This document shows positions 25,605 to 37,728 of a stretch of 64,000 bases of DNA, piece by piece. The translations under genes were made by a program, and so were the position numbers. The stretch is taken from contig JBNZDD010013610.1 of the NCBI GenBank assembly GCA_050575255.1, positions 1,534,366-1,598,365 of the forward strand. Direction: 5' to 3'. The notes below the pieces were generated by a model. It ran no database searches. It was not told the DNA's origin and saw nothing but the letters and a program-made list of their open reading frames with translations. Source of the DNA: Harriotta raleighana (lineage: Eukaryota). Position 1 is the first letter of the stretch, and each line of letters opens with the position of its first letter.

Positions 25605-25959
25605 AAAGACTTTAGAACTGCTTGGTCTCCATGTGTTCTCTCTATCTTAAGTACAATTTAACGCTACTTCTAGACTGATCCCATTTTTTTCATATCAACC
25701 TTGGCTTTCGCCTTCCATCCTTCCACCAGGTTGCTTAATACAGAAAATATTGCACGTCTTATACTTATTAATTTTGCACCTTAATAAATCTGTACTTTAG
25801 TGCATAACCATTTCAACTTGAGTCTTTTAAGGGAATTCCTGTTCTTTTAAAAAATGAATTGATAGTCAATTTTCCATTTGTGCTGAAGGATGTTAATGCT
25901 TTTGTAATCTATTTGATTATCTTTCATATCTGCTACAGAGTATTTCAAGCTTATCTGGT

Positions 25960-26012
25960 TCAAGCTGCCCCGAGTGAAGGTTGCTATATAAATGTAAATT
26001 GTTGCTGTTGTT
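25960..26012 (+). mobile_element. L2-type 3' tail
   Basis: gctatataaatgtaaattgttgctgttgttg. Confidence 0.55.
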
Positions 26013-26485
26013 GGTACCATACAAGTGAACCTCTGAGCTGATTAGTGAATGAATCTGTGCAAGTGACAATCACTGCTCAATTTAAAAGACCTTCATGTCA
26101 ATGAGGAAAAAGTGGCAGATGCCATGTAATGAAGATTTTTGTGAGCAAGAAATGCATTGTAATTCCGAGGGACAAAGTGAAGCATGATCCTTGACCAAGT
26201 TTAGTATATACAAATTTTGAAAATATTGAATATCAGAGATTTTTACACAGGTAATTTGTGATGTTCTGTTTTAATTCATCAGTTTTATAACCAGCTGAGT
26301 GATGCGTTTTGTTTGCCCAAAGGGCATATTGCCTGAGACAACATGGGCTTCATTGGTTTGCAGGAAAGATTATAAAATATGCTATTTAATGCATGAATGA
26401 AGTTCCGCTGAATAGATCAGTGGGAGAATAAACAGGCAACAGAAATAACTGACCAGTGAACTTTACCTGCTCCACTCTTTGTTCT

Positions 26486-26580
26486 CCCACAAAAAAAACA
26501 CTTCACTGTAAATCCCATGAAGCACTTTGAGACATCCTCTCAAAGTGAAAGCAACAATAGGAAATATGGGGATTATTATA
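26486..26580 (+). mobile_element. SINE 3' fragment
   Basis: tgaagcactttgagacatc...gtgaaag...ggattatt. Confidence 0.6.
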
Positions 26581-27132
26581 TTGTAGCTGCTGTATTAGAA
26601 TTTTTATTGAATGGGTAAGTCTGCTGTGAAGTATAGTTTGATTGAATGGAAAATCTTCCTATCTGCAATCCTGACAACCTTATAGCTGGATTTAAACCAT
26701 CGCTTGAAAGCTACTGAAATAAGTTTTAAAAAAATGACCTCTTACAAAATGCTGTATGCATGTAGGTAGCTGAAAATCATCACAGTTCTTCAATGACCAA
26801 TACTCTTTATCCTCAAAACTACGTGGATGTGATGGCTTATCATAACCTTTATAACACATTGTCAAAGATAACACAATGCAATAATCTAAATATTTCAAGT
26901 CAAAAGATGCAATTTTGACTATCATTAGCTTTATGCTTTCGTTGAACATTTGTTGAGCGCTCTTCATGCTTTCCAATATTGTTCTGCCAATAAAATGCTA
27001 TCACGAGTGACGAGTTGAGTAATTTGTTATTACTTTGTAACCTATTTTTATATTTGTTCATGATCAAAATGTATTTCTTGTGTTAAGAGTCTTGATAAAC
27101 TTGTATTTTAGCACAAAAGCTTCACTGTCATT

Positions 27133-27168
27133 AAATTACATTTGTGTAGTGCCTTTCACATCAGGAGG
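27133..27168 (-). mobile_element. Short L2-type tail
   Basis: aaattacatttgtgtagtgcctttcacatcaggagg. Confidence 0.6.
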
Positions 27169-29564
27169 TACTGCACTGTGGAGTATGTTGATATAAATGA
27201 TGTTCTGCAAATCTTAATTAGATCTATAGACATAAGAAGCTATTGTTCAGCAAAACTGAATTGATATTTGTTTCAACCTTGGTTGTGACACCCTGTTTTG
27301 TACATCCATATGTACATTGCACTTGCTGCATTAATTCACCTCTCTCAAATGAGGTCAATCCATCTTAAATGTGTATTTTAACAAATATGCATTGGTAGCC
27401 TCACACTGTAATTGTCCAGTAACCTTTTCAGTGCACCCCTGGCAGTTTTTAACTGGAGCCACGCTCAAAGGAAGTTGCAATCAAACCACCAACACCAATA
27501 AATGATAATGAAAGAGGTTGACCAGAGGTCATGGTGGAGCACAAAAATTCATATAAATTTTCACAGCAATTTTTTTTTAGCAGTCAACAGTAGACAGGGA
27601 TTATGGTTCGCACTATTGCTATTGATATTGTCTTCGATGCTAAAAGGAAGAAAACTAATTTGCTTTTGGTTTTGAGTTTCACATTTTGGGACTGAATCCA
27701 CCCCCAAGGTCATTGCATGATGCATTTGACTGGAGGTACAAAAAAAACATAAGGAATGTTCCAAGGATAAAGGAACTCTAAATATGTCAATTTTCTGATG
27801 ATTAAAATAGTGACGATTTATTTTACGGGTCAGTCCTTCCTCAAGTATGTTGATATCCTTCGCTGATTTCACCTCTTTCCAGTTCACAGCAATATATAAC
27901 TAAGGACTGACGGGTTGTGAAAATACAGCCCCAAAATTGGTGCAAGTCATTTAAACCTTGTACATTCTGTAACCGCAGTATTATATAATGCTTCGGTATT
28001 GATTCGTGGATGCTTTGTGAAGCAAGAACACACATTTGTTAACTAAGATATTGTCTTGAGAGCGTACTTTGAACTTTTGCAACACACAACACAGGATCAG
28101 AGTGACAATAATGGTTCAGGGTTGATCCCTTTACCAATTGTAAGCTGTTGTTTACCAGTGAAGGTAGCTACACAATGGCTCTGCCCCATTTGTAATTGCT
28201 TATTTGATTTGGTTTATAACTGATGTATTTTAAATATCCACATTGTGAACTCTCTAATTTCATTGATTTTATGAGCGAACGTAAAATCTTATTTCACAAT
28301 TATGAAGGCATGCTTTCCCTTACCATGATAAAGATTCTTCATACACAACAGTAAATGTACACCTTAATGCATACCTGTAAATTATAATCACCAGTAGTTA
28401 AAATAAAATATTGTTTTATATAGGAGGACATCTCACAGTGCTTCCCAGGACATCCTGTAAAGTGTTGTGACAGTGTAATTTGTAATAGAACTTTTTAGGG
28501 GAAAAAAGCAAAGGGATTAGGAAGGGTGTTGAATATACTGTATATATTAGTTTCCAGAGCAACCAATCACTGGTGTCACAAGCATGTATACATCAGATCA
28601 ATTTACACGTTAAAATCATTTATCTTGACCATTAATTAATTTCTACTCTGCGGCCAGGAAATTAAGATCAACACTCATTAATTAAAGAAGTGTTGGAGAC
28701 CTGAGGTCATATTGATAAAAGGCAGACTGATGTTTCCCTAAGCTAAATGACCACAAAGCAGTGTAACTGTTAAACTAGCTTCTCCATTGCTCCTTTGTTT
28801 GCAGGGTTTTTTTTCCCGGTATTAATGTGCTACAGTTGGATGTCTGCTATTTGTCCATTCACTCTCTCAGCTTCCACACTCCATAGACAATTTAAGAGCT
28901 TTCTTCTTCCAACAGCTCTTGCTCAATTTACAAAAGTGTGAAAAATTGCAGTATTTCAGCCCGATTAGCAAATGGGTATTAATTTTCTTTGGTGTTGAGC
29001 AACCCAGTGATGTAACTAACTGCTCAGTGCAACTTGATCCTTGTTTCTTTGGGTCAGCCAAGTGTCTGACATCCTTGGATACAATCACCATACCTAAGAG
29101 TATCCAAATCAGACTAACAGTCCCATATATATATCACCTACACATGGAAACTTCCCTGTGTCTGGAATGGAATGTGCATTCTCTCCCTGGAGGTACACAC
29201 TCTCTTTTACCTAATCCCGCAGAGTATTAGTCGCAGGTTAGCAAGAGCCAATGCTTGGAGACCTCAGAGTTAAAATACATTTGGAGTTCCACCAGGTAAT
29301 GTTGCATAGCTTGACATTGGGAGCACTGTTCTATCCATGTGCTATAAAGCAACTTTAAGCACAGCTGGCTGAGTAAACGTGCCTATGCTGGGTTTAAACT
29401 AGCCTCTTGAGTGGAGTGACTTTGCAAGGAATTGTTTTTAGGAGTTGGTGGGTGTAGGGTTGGTTTAGAGAGAGTTGTTAAACCTAAAACTCACTGTATA
29501 GCAAGTTCCTGATCTCAGCTGTGCTGTTAACGATAGAAACCATTTAAGTGACCTAGCAAGGTGC

Positions 29565-29632
29565 AACCACAACAAAAACAATAACAAAATTACATTTATA
29601 GAGAGCTTTTGATGTCGGGAGGACGTCCCAGG
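29565..29632 (-). mobile_element. L2-type 3' tail
   Basis: caaaattacatttatag...tgtcgggaggacgtccca. Confidence 0.75.
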
Positions 29633-30415
29633 TAAAGTGGCAGGTGCAGAAGGTAAGGTGGCAGGTGTCTGCGGAACAATTTAAGCAGAGGACTGGCAGC
29701 AGATGGATTAACTGCCCAATCACAAAGATGCCCCCACTCCCCCATCATCCCCCATAAAAAGAAATAATGAAAAATGTACTTAAATGGCTCTAAACTTTGG
29801 TTTGCTCTGAAATAAAATGGTTTTAACAAATGCCATTAAAACTATTCCAGCTATTGTTTCTGTGAGTGCAGATCATTCCCTGACGAGTGATGTTAATGTT
29901 TATAATCTACGTAGCATTTATTTTGTTGTCTCTGGCACAGATTCCTCCTAACCTCGTAACTCCTTCCAGCTGGGAGTTGGGGTGTGTTGGGGGAGGGAGA
30001 GGCGGAGGCGGAGAGGGATGGGCTCATTCTTGGGCTGAGGGTCTCCACAGCTGTTGTCAATGCTTCTCTTTCATTCAGCTCTGATGCCTTCACCCTTCAC
30101 CTTAACATAGCATCAACTCTGCAAAGCGAATGAGAGTGTGGAGAGCGCACCCAACTGGGACACAGCAAGCACACAGCAGGGATGGGTGAGCCTGAGATTT
30201 GACGTGACGCCCATCTGCTTTGGAGCGAAGCAGAACCGCCATTTGAGCTGCTGAGCTGTGTCATTGGAAAACCATCAAAAACTGATTCGGATACAAGAGC
30301 GATCGTTGTGTCTCGTCTAGGTGTAGGGGAAGCAGGTCAGGGGTCACTGAGTGGAGGGAGCGGATGGTTTAGTAGGGTTTGAGGAGTAAGAAGTAGGGTG
30401 GGACAAGACTATATT

Positions 30416-30592
30416 AATAACAATAAGAATAATTTGTGCATTTGATATAGCGCTTTTCACGTCTTCCAGACATCTCAAAACTCTTTACAGAATATACTGT
30501 AATATGAATTGACGTATATTTGTAGGCAAAACACGGCAGTCAAGTGCTCACAGCAGAGTCCCATAGAAAGTCATGGATTGAGTGATCAAATT
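30416..30592 (-). mobile_element. SINE 3' half ((TTA)n family)
   Basis: tgcatttgatatagcgcttttcacgtcttccagacatctcaaa...cagcagagtccca. Confidence 0.85.
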
Positions 30593-30773
30593 CAATAGAC
30601 TTGTGGAGCCCATTGCAGCCTAGTGCATGAAAGGACACAAGCTGCAGTCTGCAGCTTGTGAAGGGAAGAGGCGGGTAGCATGGTGAGCAGGGTGTTGGCG
30701 TAATGTAACCTGGATGTGATGATGGCTACGGTTCATATTTAAATATAACATTGTGCAATACATTGGGTTCAGG

Positions 30774-30787
30774 GTTACCATAGTAAC
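30774..30787. promoter_or_regulatory. RFX X-box motif
   Basis: GTTACCATAGTAAC fits the GTNRCC-N(0-3)-RGYAAC consensus. Confidence 0.45.
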
Positions 30788-31913
30788 GGGCCTGTATTGC
30801 TTCCTGTGAATTGAAATTGTTCACGAGCATTTGGTGTGACACAAAAACGCATTCCAAAGAGGAAATGGTCTTGAAAGCATTCTCTTGACCTCTATCAGAA
30901 GGTGAAAGTTTAATAATACAGAGAATTGGAGGTTCCAGTGCTCTTTCATTTATACTCCAGGCTACGTTTTGCTAGTCTTCTAATGTTAAACTGTTTAAAC
31001 AAGACAGTTTCCTTGTTTTTTTAACCCTGTTTCTGGATCCCTTGCTTCTCAGCCTTTCATCTACTCCATCGCAGCTGATCGCATTGATCTGTGAATTTAA
31101 TGCAGATCTATGAAAGAGCTGGAGATGCCTTAAGGTGGCTGTGGATGAGTTGGGCTCCCAACTAGGAACTGTGATGCAGTTTCTAAAGCTCTGTCTCGTC
31201 GAAAACAGATGAAATCCATCATGTGAATCCAGACAGGAATGTCAGAATATCAGGCTTTACTAGATCCAAAATCTGTGAAGAGAGACAGAGAGGTCTGTTT
31301 GTGAGTCCCTTGTTACACTGACACGATATATACACATGCCGTGTTTACCAGGGATGAACGTTTTTAAAAAAAAGATTAAATAAAGTTTTGAAATGGGTTC
31401 ACAAGCTGTCATATGATTGTGTGCATTAAATCTGCACACAGAATATACATTCCTGGTAAAGTTCTGATATAGGAGAATTGCTGTGTGGTTCAAGTGTGGA
31501 TCTTCTACAGCCTTGAAGTGCATGTCTCCCATAAGCATCTTTTTTCTGTTTTGTACCGAGCCATTAGATATAACTGGATTGTATCACAGAATAATTGTTG
31601 TGAAGTATTCTATATTGAATTAAGCTGTTTCCTATCAGTTGAAAATATTTCCCTTTAAGGCTCCTCCATGCATATGATTGTTTAGGCTGTTTAGAGAACA
31701 TTAGAATTCAGTACAGAAGGCTAGATATTTGGTTGAGAATTCTGAACATCCATGAATTCTGAGCAGTGCCACCCCTCATCTTCATGAATGTGGAAGCATT
31801 AATTGAGTTATTTTATATGAATGGTGCTAAATAAACACAAGTTGCTGTTCTGTGTATCATTTATCCAAATTATCTACAGAGTTAATAGACTGTGAGTTCA
31901 AAGTCCTGGCATC

Positions 31914-31978
31914 GGATTTGAACCTAAAACCTTCTGACTCAGAGGCAAGTGTGCTACCAACTGAGCTGGGCTGACACC
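31914..31978 (-). mobile_element. tRNA head of a Deu-type SINE
   Basis: Minus: ggtgtcagcccagctcagttggtagcacacttgcctctgagtcagaaggttttaggttcaaatcc; same head as 45725. Confidence 0.8.
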
Positions 31979-32433
31979 TATTTGCAGCAGTTTCAACTCT
32001 ATTTTCCCTGCAAACAGTCTCTGCTCTGGTATTTGTCCTGTTGTGTATTTTCTCCTTGAACAGTGCCCTGGGGCAGCAATGATGAAGGGATCAGCAGTAA
32101 CTAATTACTTTTGATTATGAGGTTACCACTTTATGGTGCGTACTTTATTGTTGACTGCATTCTGGATTGTTTTTTGCGAAATGTTCTTATTTGATATTTT
32201 AATGGAACTTCATTTAAGATTATGCATTGGAAAAAAAAAGTGTAATTGATTTAAGTTGTGCAAATGTGCGCTGGAATGTTTTTATAGATATACATATATA
32301 TTCCAAGTGATTATATCCCTTCCACCAACAATTGTCTGTAAAAAATGAATAATGTAAGAGTTAACCTCAATGGTTAACTTTGGGGGAGGTGGGAGAGCTG
32401 TGACATGGGACTAATTAAAAATAATTAGATCAA

Positions 32434-32712
32434 TACAGTTAACTCTCGTTGAATGCAACTTTATCGATTGCGAATTCAAGTATACGCAATGAAACAAAAG
32501 CATCACTTTTTTGTGCAGCACGCGTAAATCTTGTGTATACGCGCTGGCTGGCCCCCGCGAGTATGCGCACAGGTGAGGATGCCAATAGCTCCCATCTAAA
32601 TCCGATGATTCCTCGGGTGGCTGGTCCCGTGTGCATGTGCACTTTTGACGAGGCCAGCAGATCCCAACTAAAGCTGATGACTCCTCGGCTGGCTGGCCCC
32701 ACGCGCAATGCA
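32434..32712 (+). mobile_element. Tigger/pogo-like DNA transposon end with internal 72-73-bp tandem repeat
   Basis: TA|cagttaactctcgttgaatgc terminus; ggctgg(c/t)ccc units start at 32546, 32619 and 32691; CpG-rich relative to flanks. Confidence 0.55.
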
Positions 32713-33184
32713 TTCTTGGGTAAATACAATAACTCTTCGGCCTCGGAGCATCCTATGGCATTGCATGGTAAACAGTAGAGACAGAGAGAGAGAGTTTCCT
32801 AATAGTAATTTAGCCTAGCTGTTGTTGAAGAGGGGGGGAGCAACAAGAGCAGGGAGAGGCGGGCAGAGTGAGGTGCGGGCCAGTTGTAGCCCACCTCAGT
32901 ATGTACCTTGCATTCGGATGTGCCTGAAGGCTTGAGGTGGTAGCCTGCAACTAGATTCCCCTAACCACCCCCTTTTCCCATTACTTGTTAAGCTTACCCA
33001 ACGTGATTTTATTGAGTGCGCAGTTTTCCAGGAACGTAACCCCCGATAAGGGTTAACTGTATGTAGTTGTGGTATAGATGTGATGGGCCAACCTGGCTCC
33101 ATTCCATGCTGGCAGTTTCAACACTGAGGCTCTATCTTATTCTGGCAAACCAATGGTTATGCATTAACAATAGTGGAACATTTT

Positions 33185-33402
33185 TCAACAGCAACAACTT
33201 GCATTTATATAAATTTGTGCTTAGTATAAAACGGCATTTCAGATCACTTGACAAAAATGGGATGGGAAGCCAGGCAAAGGTAATCCTGCAGCCCATTGAG
33301 GTAGGTTTTAAGGTGGGTTTTAAAGATAGTTGGGAGGGAAGGGACAAGATACAGCGAGGTAAAGGGAGAGAGTTCCAAAAATTAGAGACATAGAAGCTGA
33401 CG
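33185..33402 (-). mobile_element. L2 LINE 3' fragment (ORF2 C-terminus plus tail)
   Basis: Translation SFYVSNFWNSLPLP..SLPS; tail tatataaatgcaagttgttgctgttg. Confidence 0.8.
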
Positions 33403-33454
33403 ACTTTAGAAAACAATAGGAAATGGTTTAGAGAAAGAGCCGAGAATGCACATC

Positions 33455-33541
33455 AGAGCTGGCTCCAGAATAGGAGTTAGCATCAGCATAGACAAGTGTG
33501 GGTCAAATGGCCTTCTTGTGTGCCGGAATTCCTATGATTTA
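33455..33541 (+). mobile_element. CR1 3' tail
   Basis: cagcatagac...tgggtcaaatggccttcttgtgtgc...ttcctatgatt. Confidence 0.6.
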
Positions 33542-35196
33542 CAGGGTGGCTGATCCATCCGCAAAGCCCTTCCTTCATGTGGGTGAGAGCCTTCAGCGTC
33601 TATAGATGTCTCTGAACCACATTTGTTTTTACATGATTGATAAGAGTTTTAAATTTTTTGTTTTACTCTATCATGTCAACTCCAATCTTGAAGGAGATCT
33701 GCTTCTGCCTTGTACACTCTGTCTTTGTGCTGCTTTACCATGGTTCACCCCCCCACTCCCCTCCCCCACCACCACTTCCCCCATGTCAGGCTTTCACAAA
33801 GTATTTGAACATATCACAAGGAATGTATGTCCAGTATTCACTGAGCACTATTCGATTACAGCACTCTTACAATCCACTGCAAGTGCTCATGCAGCCCCCT
33901 CCCCACCATTAGTCGCGTAAGATTGGAATCCAAACTAGCTTGAATATGGCTTTGCACGGATGTAACAAATGTAGCAGGAACCACAGCAGGTAAGGTCCCC
34001 AGTTGGTGTGTTGAGATCTTATCATTTGAACAGAGAATGAAAATCAAACTACTGCATCAATTTTTTTCTCTTTCTCTCTCAGGTGGATTAGAATATTTGT
34101 TTTTCAATCCTTTAAGACCACCGCACATTAGGAGCTTTGTTGAGTTTACCGCAAAGTTTTATTTTTATTTTTGTCGCTGGCAAAGTTCGAATAAAAGTTT
34201 GTTGATTTATACTTTCCCTAGTGATATCTGGTGATTGAGCTCACAAAGCAGTTTTACTTTCAACAGGGAGGTGGAAGGGAAGGGTGGAGGAAGCCCAGAG
34301 AGGATTTTATCTAGTCATTTAAATTTTGGGGGGGATTTTTGCTATCCATTAATGTTTTTTTATTCCCATACGTCTCCGATCTCCCAATAAAATAAAAACT
34401 ATAACTTGTGATGGAGTAAGTACGGAATGGGTCGGGACTGAGCAACAGGCTGTAAATTTGACTGGCCTGGTGGGGATTTTTGTGGACCTCTGTTCTTGCT
34501 GCTGGAAACGTGGTGTTCAAGGATTATTCTGTCCAGATGAGGGAAAGCTACGTAACCGACAATGTTAATAGAAATATAGCACTGCCTGTATTGAAAGGAA
34601 TGGAAGGATCAGAACAGAAAAATCAATGGAGAGGTTTGTGGTCTTAAAACATTGCCTGAGGCAATCCTGCAGCCCACTTGCTACCACTGAGGCCTTTGCT
34701 CACTGTTGTCTTTCTGTTGGCCTTTACTGGTTATTGGAATCCAGCAAGAAAAAGTACAACATAGACATCAAAGTGAAGGCTTATCCCCATGGAGATTATT
34801 GACTGCTACAGATGTGGCAGGGGTTGGCTGGAACAAATATGCATTGTTTTGGTTCTTACTTCTTGTAATTACTATCTGCTGTGGCAAAAGATGTGTGAAG
34901 TCCCATGCGCATTCTCACAAATATCGACATCGACTTGTGCAGAGATGTGTATTAGAAATATTTTGGGTAAGAGATTAGAGATTGTTTATGGAATCAATTC
35001 CATCCTAGCGCTCATGCATGCCATTTAGGAATGATTTAATTGAAGTTACATCAGTTTGCCATCTTACAGCTGCCAGATTTAACATTACACCCTTCACCGC
35101 TCGATATTTTTAAAGCGCCGAGTGCTGTTTTAATGGCATTTTATTAAGTGAGATATTATTTGCTTCGTCTATGCACTTCATGACAATACCAAGCAC

Positions 35197-35206
35197 TGCT
35201 GAGTCA
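35197..35206. promoter_or_regulatory. ARE/MARE-type motif TGCTGAGTCA
   Basis: Exact match to the CNC-sMaf consensus, inside a repeat-free block. Confidence 0.3.
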
Positions 35207-35986
35207 GTGGAATCTTCAATTCCATGCTGAGGTGCCAGGCAACATAACCTGCCCACCAAACACATGCCCAGTTATGTAAATAAAGTCCTATCGGAAGGAG
35301 AGATGGGATGATGCGTGCTCCACTTGTGGATGTAAGTGCCAGTCGCACTGCTGGCTGGATTTAAATTTAATGGCTACAAGTGTGGCGGATTTCATCAGTT
35401 CCCAGTAAAGCTGGGTGAGGAAAGCAGACCTTTCATTCCAAGAGCAAAAATAAATAAATGTCTCCTGCCTCATCGCGCAGCAAACCTCAACCCCACCTGC
35501 CAAGAACAACACGCAATTTCAGTCTAAGCTCCTATAGGGAGCCCGCAAACCATATCACATAATCCAAAGCTTCCAAGACCTCCCCCTCCGTTGATGTTTC
35601 ATTTGTTACATTTTCAGTACAAAGGTAGTTGGGAACTGAAGCGTTCCAATTATGGCTCGTTTGTACAGAGTCACAGTGTGTCCGGAGAGCTGTGCTTCAT
35701 CCATCAGTTCTGATTCTAACAGAATTAATCAATTCGTATTGTACTCTCCGCGTGGGCTTCTCCTCTGTTGCCGGTAACACTGCAGAGAGAAACATCCACC
35801 CGGAGTCCAGCAAAGATGTTGCCAATAATGCAGGCCATGCCGATCAGGGGTTTAGTGAGTTGTAATGAGAATAAATTTGGAGTAGTATTTCTATGAATCC
35901 AGTTAAAGTGACAGAATCAATATAACTGTACAGGGTATGTCAGACTACCTACTCTCCCCCAAGAAATCAGACCTTTCCGTTCACAG

Positions 35987-36095
35987 TCTAGGCTGACACC
36001 CCAGTACAGTGCTGGGGGAGTGCTGCATCGTTGGAGGTGCCATCCTTCAGATAGTACTTTATCATTGCGCTCAAACCGGGACCGTTACATGCCTG
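35987..36095 (+). mobile_element. Deu-type SINE internal fragment
   Basis: tctaggctgacaccccagtacagtgctgggggagtgctgcatcgttggaggtgccatccttcagat...aaaccg; parallels 45820-45900. Confidence 0.75.
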
Positions 36096-36227
36096 AAGAT
36101 TAAAAGAAAGACAGCAAATAGCAGTGACTTCTGGAGTGCCTAATATTAGCAGCGACACCTCTTGTGAACTGCTTGTGTGAAAAATTTAACAAAAAAAATG
36201 TTGGCAAAGAGTCACTCAATAAACATT

Positions 36228-36340
36228 CAGTGTTGGTTAGTAGCTTGTATCTTGTCTCTAGATGGTAAGATTGTGCGTTCAAGTTCCAACACCAGGACAT
36301 GAACCTGTCGTATTATTTTTGAAGAGCAGAGAGTTCTGAG
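36228..36340 (+). mobile_element. Degraded Deu-type SINE head/body fragment
   Basis: aagattgtgcgttcaagttcc...gaagagcagagagttct. Confidence 0.45.
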
Positions 36341-36496
36341 TTCTCTTGTGTTAGTTAGCGTTCTCCTTCATCCAAATTCATTAAAAGTAAGTGATCATTC
36401 TTCTGATCAACACAGTGAAAAAGCTTCCCTATTTGTCCACACATTGCACACTTTTCCAATATGTTGTACCATATATGCCAATTTTGTATTGGGCTT

Positions 36497-36869
36497 GGGA
36501 TCCTCACTCTTGAGTTTAAATCCCTCCACTTCTTGGCACCCGCTACCTCTCTAACCTCCTCTCTTCTCACAGCAATATCCTCTGCCTCCTCTCTACTGGA
36601 TCCTTTCAAAGGTAAAAAACAGTTTTGTAGATTCGTCCATGTATAACTTTGGAACAACAACAACGTCAACGTTGGAACTCCCTTTCTCAGACCCCTCACC
36701 TCAGCCCCTTCTTTCCCATGTTCAGGTCATGCCTGAAGACCTTTTACTTTGACCGTGCTTATAGTCACCTTCCCTCTCCCCCTGGTTCAGCCTCAGGCTC
36801 TGCCAGTGTGAAGTGCTCTAAGACGCTGCCCTGAGTGGAGAGTATAAATGCAAATTGTTGTTGCTGTTG
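36497..36869 (+). mobile_element. L2 LINE 3' fragment (ORF2 pseudo-coding)
   Basis: ILTLEFKSLHFLAP and WNSL...FRSCLKTFYFDRAY match L2 ORF2 C-terminal motifs; ends ataaatgcaaattgttgttgctgttg. Confidence 0.9.
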
Positions 36870-37311
36870 TGTAAGAACAACCAATTTATCTAGAGGCCAC
36901 ATAGTGTGGCCTTTGCCAGATATTTCAGGAGCTGCAGTTGTTCTCCACCTCAGCTATTATACTATAGCACCACCTAACTCATAGCAACAGGAATCCAGCC
37001 CTGAAGCAGCCTGCTATCATGCTGGTATGAGATTGAAATCGGGAGTTTGGCAAGGTTGATGTTGGTATGACGGTGGGCTGGAATGTGATAGATATCAGCG
37101 TGGAACTTGCCAGTATACGTTGATGATACTGATTCTGATCTGTGAACAAAATATTATTGATAGGTTGAGGAAGATTTTCTGCTCTGTTTGAACTGAACTG
37201 AGGATTGGCTTCAATGTTTTTTTTCCAAGTGAGGGTTGGTACCCTAGAAATCCAGAAGGGCACATTTGCTTTAACTCCCACCCAATTGTTAAGCTTCATA
37301 ATAATATAATC

Positions 37312-37395
37312 ACAATAATAATCCTTGCTTTTGATATAGCATGTCAGGAGAATGACTCAGAGTGCTTCACAGGACGTACTGTAAAGTGTAGTGAT
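37312..37395 (-). mobile_element. SINE 3' fragment
   Basis: aataataatccttgcttttgatatagc...gcttcacagga. Confidence 0.75.
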
Positions 37396-37617
37396 GGATT
37401 ATTTTCTCGGCAAATGCCTGAAATTTGCAGGAAGAAAAACACAAGATGATTGAATTAACTTTCCTTGATTCACCCCTTGCCCCCATCCCCCCAAATAAAA
37501 TTATCCCAAACTCCTTGTGTCACTGCTATGGTCTGCAAATCAGAATTTGCAGCATTCCACAATGATTGTTGTACAGTTTGTGAACTGGTTTACAACTCAC
37601 ACGCTTTACTAAGAATA

Positions 37618-37728
37618 CCCATAAGTATACAGTCAATTTACTTCACAGTAGTGAAGCGCTTTTTTGTGAAGCGCTTTGAGATGTCTGGAAGACAGACATG
37701 ATAAGGGGATATACCAAATGCAAGACTT
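37618..37728 (+). mobile_element. SINE 3' fragment with internal gtgaagcgcttt duplication
   Basis: tacagtcaatttacttcacagta...gataagg...aaatgcaag. Confidence 0.8.

Noticed and set aside
26100-26150. Possible CR1 RT motif (KWQM..N)
   Set aside because: Too short and degenerate to call without an HMM search.
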